Part shown: piece after piece, positions 62,505 through 64,000 of the stretch | Position numbering within the stretch: the first letter of the stretch is position 1 | Layout: each line of letters begins with the position of its first letter | From: Strigamia acuminata | Taxonomy: Eukaryota | Assembly (NCBI GenBank): GCA_949358305.1 | Contig: OX442314.1 | Span: 19,530,001 to 19,594,000 of the forward strand | Direction: 5' to 3' | Length of the DNA stretch: 64,000 bases | Translations under genes and position numbers: made by a program | The notes under the pieces: generated by a model | Databases searched by the model: none | What the model saw: the letters and a program-made list of their open reading frames with translations, nothing else | Told to the model about the DNA's origin: nothing

Positions 62505-64000
62505 TAAGTTTACTCAACAGTGATAAAAAAAAGATGGCGACCCCATGCTGCATTTGGCACTTTTCATGTAAGCCTTGATGTAGTGTTATGAGCTGAGAAC
62601 GATGCAAAACGCATAACAGTATGGCCAAATTTTTTTACCACTTGGATTCTCAAACCAAAATTTAAAGTTAAGGTTGTTTTTTATTAATCGTTTTTTTTTT
62701 GTTAATTACCGGTATTTAATATGTAAATAATGGTTTAATGAAAAAAAAATTTCTTTGCGACAAAATTGAAAATAATTTTTCCAAAATTGCCATCACATTT
62801 ACCTGGCGTCTTGGTAAATGCCAGATGCCAACCAACAAATTGTTTGCTGCTGCGCTGAATAAAACAAGATAAAATATTCAAAGTATCCTCACGTAATGCT
62901 ACAGTACATTTGCTAGAGTGAATAAAATCGACAGGTCATGAATCTGAATGTATAATGAGTTTTCAAGTTCAGATAATACATTTCTTTTGTTTTATTGTCT
63001 TCTAGAGACGATTGAGAGACGTATGGCTTGTCAAAAAGTTGACATCTCCAATTACTGTCTGATTTATGTCGTATAAATGTCAAAAAAGTTGCCCCGTTTG
63101 TGATTTTTCATTCTGTCATTCAAAGTAAAATATTGAATTCTTTTTGCATTTGATTGACAAGAGTTCTAGTTGGATGAAACTGAAATGCCGAGGATGGAAT
63201 TCGGAACTGAGGGTAGAAAAGTTTTCACTGAGCATTAAAAAATAATTTTTTCTTAAAAATAACTTCCTGAAAAACCCAGACTGCACGTGTGAATTAAATT
63301 ATTGCAAATTTGTTTAAATATAGTTTAGACGTTGTAAATTGTACTCTTATTTTGAAAAGCTTATGAGAAACTCAGCATCTGGTGTTGCGAATATCTTGAA
63401 AACCGCAATGTAGGAATGTAAATCTGCTGTTGAGGCGTTGCATCCAGATCCTCTTTTACCCTCTTAATACCTGCGTATCACGAGACAGTTATCACAGAGT
63501 TTCTCCTCGGTGTTACACTTTAATGTGGATCTTGCCGAATCAGATCTCACTCATTTATACCCAGATATACAGCGTTATCTCGTACCTAGAATCAAAATAG
63601 ACTAGTAATCTCTTACAATATTGAACGCGTGTGGCAAGGCAAGGTGTTGGGGAAGAGCGAAATTAACATTGCAACACGTTGACCAATACACGTGCACTTT
63701 ATCTGCACCCCTGAGTTGTGACCTTTAAGAATCTCCTGATTATTGTGTGAAAAATTCAGTTGTTTGGGAGGTTTTAGGTGGAAATAAGGCTGAGGGATTA
63801 CAAGAATCCAATGAAAAGTTGCAGTCAAGTTGAAGGAAAGGCTGCTAAAGGATTTTCTAGGATTTTTTCTAAACCCTATAAAGTATAAACATTGGTTTTT
63901 GGGCCAAGGTAGTCTCAAAGTTAGGTAATATAATATTCATTGTTAATAACTTGCTAATGTTGAACGACAGCCTTAATACTAGCTGAGACCTTGACCGTGA

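Overview
AT-rich eukaryotic (invertebrate-like animal) genomic DNA; no prokaryotic operons, CRISPR arrays, rRNA or tRNA genes are supportable. (1) 1-3763: the 3' part of a mind bomb 2 (MIB2) E3 ligase gene, 17 exons separated by 16 tiny GT-AG introns (53-105 nt). (2) Most of the rest is intronic/regulatory territory of a second, long + strand gene that the ORF track largely misses. Five exons (35742-35939, 38356-38452, 44163-44277, 51229-51307, 57659-57859) splice in consistent phase into a 230-aa Ser-rich N-terminus that I cannot assign to a family; it continues beyond the window and has several candidate alternative first exons, one with a CLEAR/E-box + forkhead + YY1 motif cluster at about 19.1-19.6 kb. 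(3) Nested in its first intron on the same strand is an intact, intronless SAP30BP/HCNGP-like ORF (36479-37168), probably a retrogene, in which the conserved KSKWD motif reads KSKRD. (4) A decayed, intronless, virus/Polinton-like two-gene island (39.35-40.67 kb) bounded by degenerate ~70-bp direct repeats. (5) Many non-autonomous DNA transposons (hAT with 8-bp TSDs, Tc2/pogo-like with TA, PIF/Harbinger-like, a Helentron-like insertion) plus retroelement relics. All family assignments come from reading and recalled motifs, not database searches.
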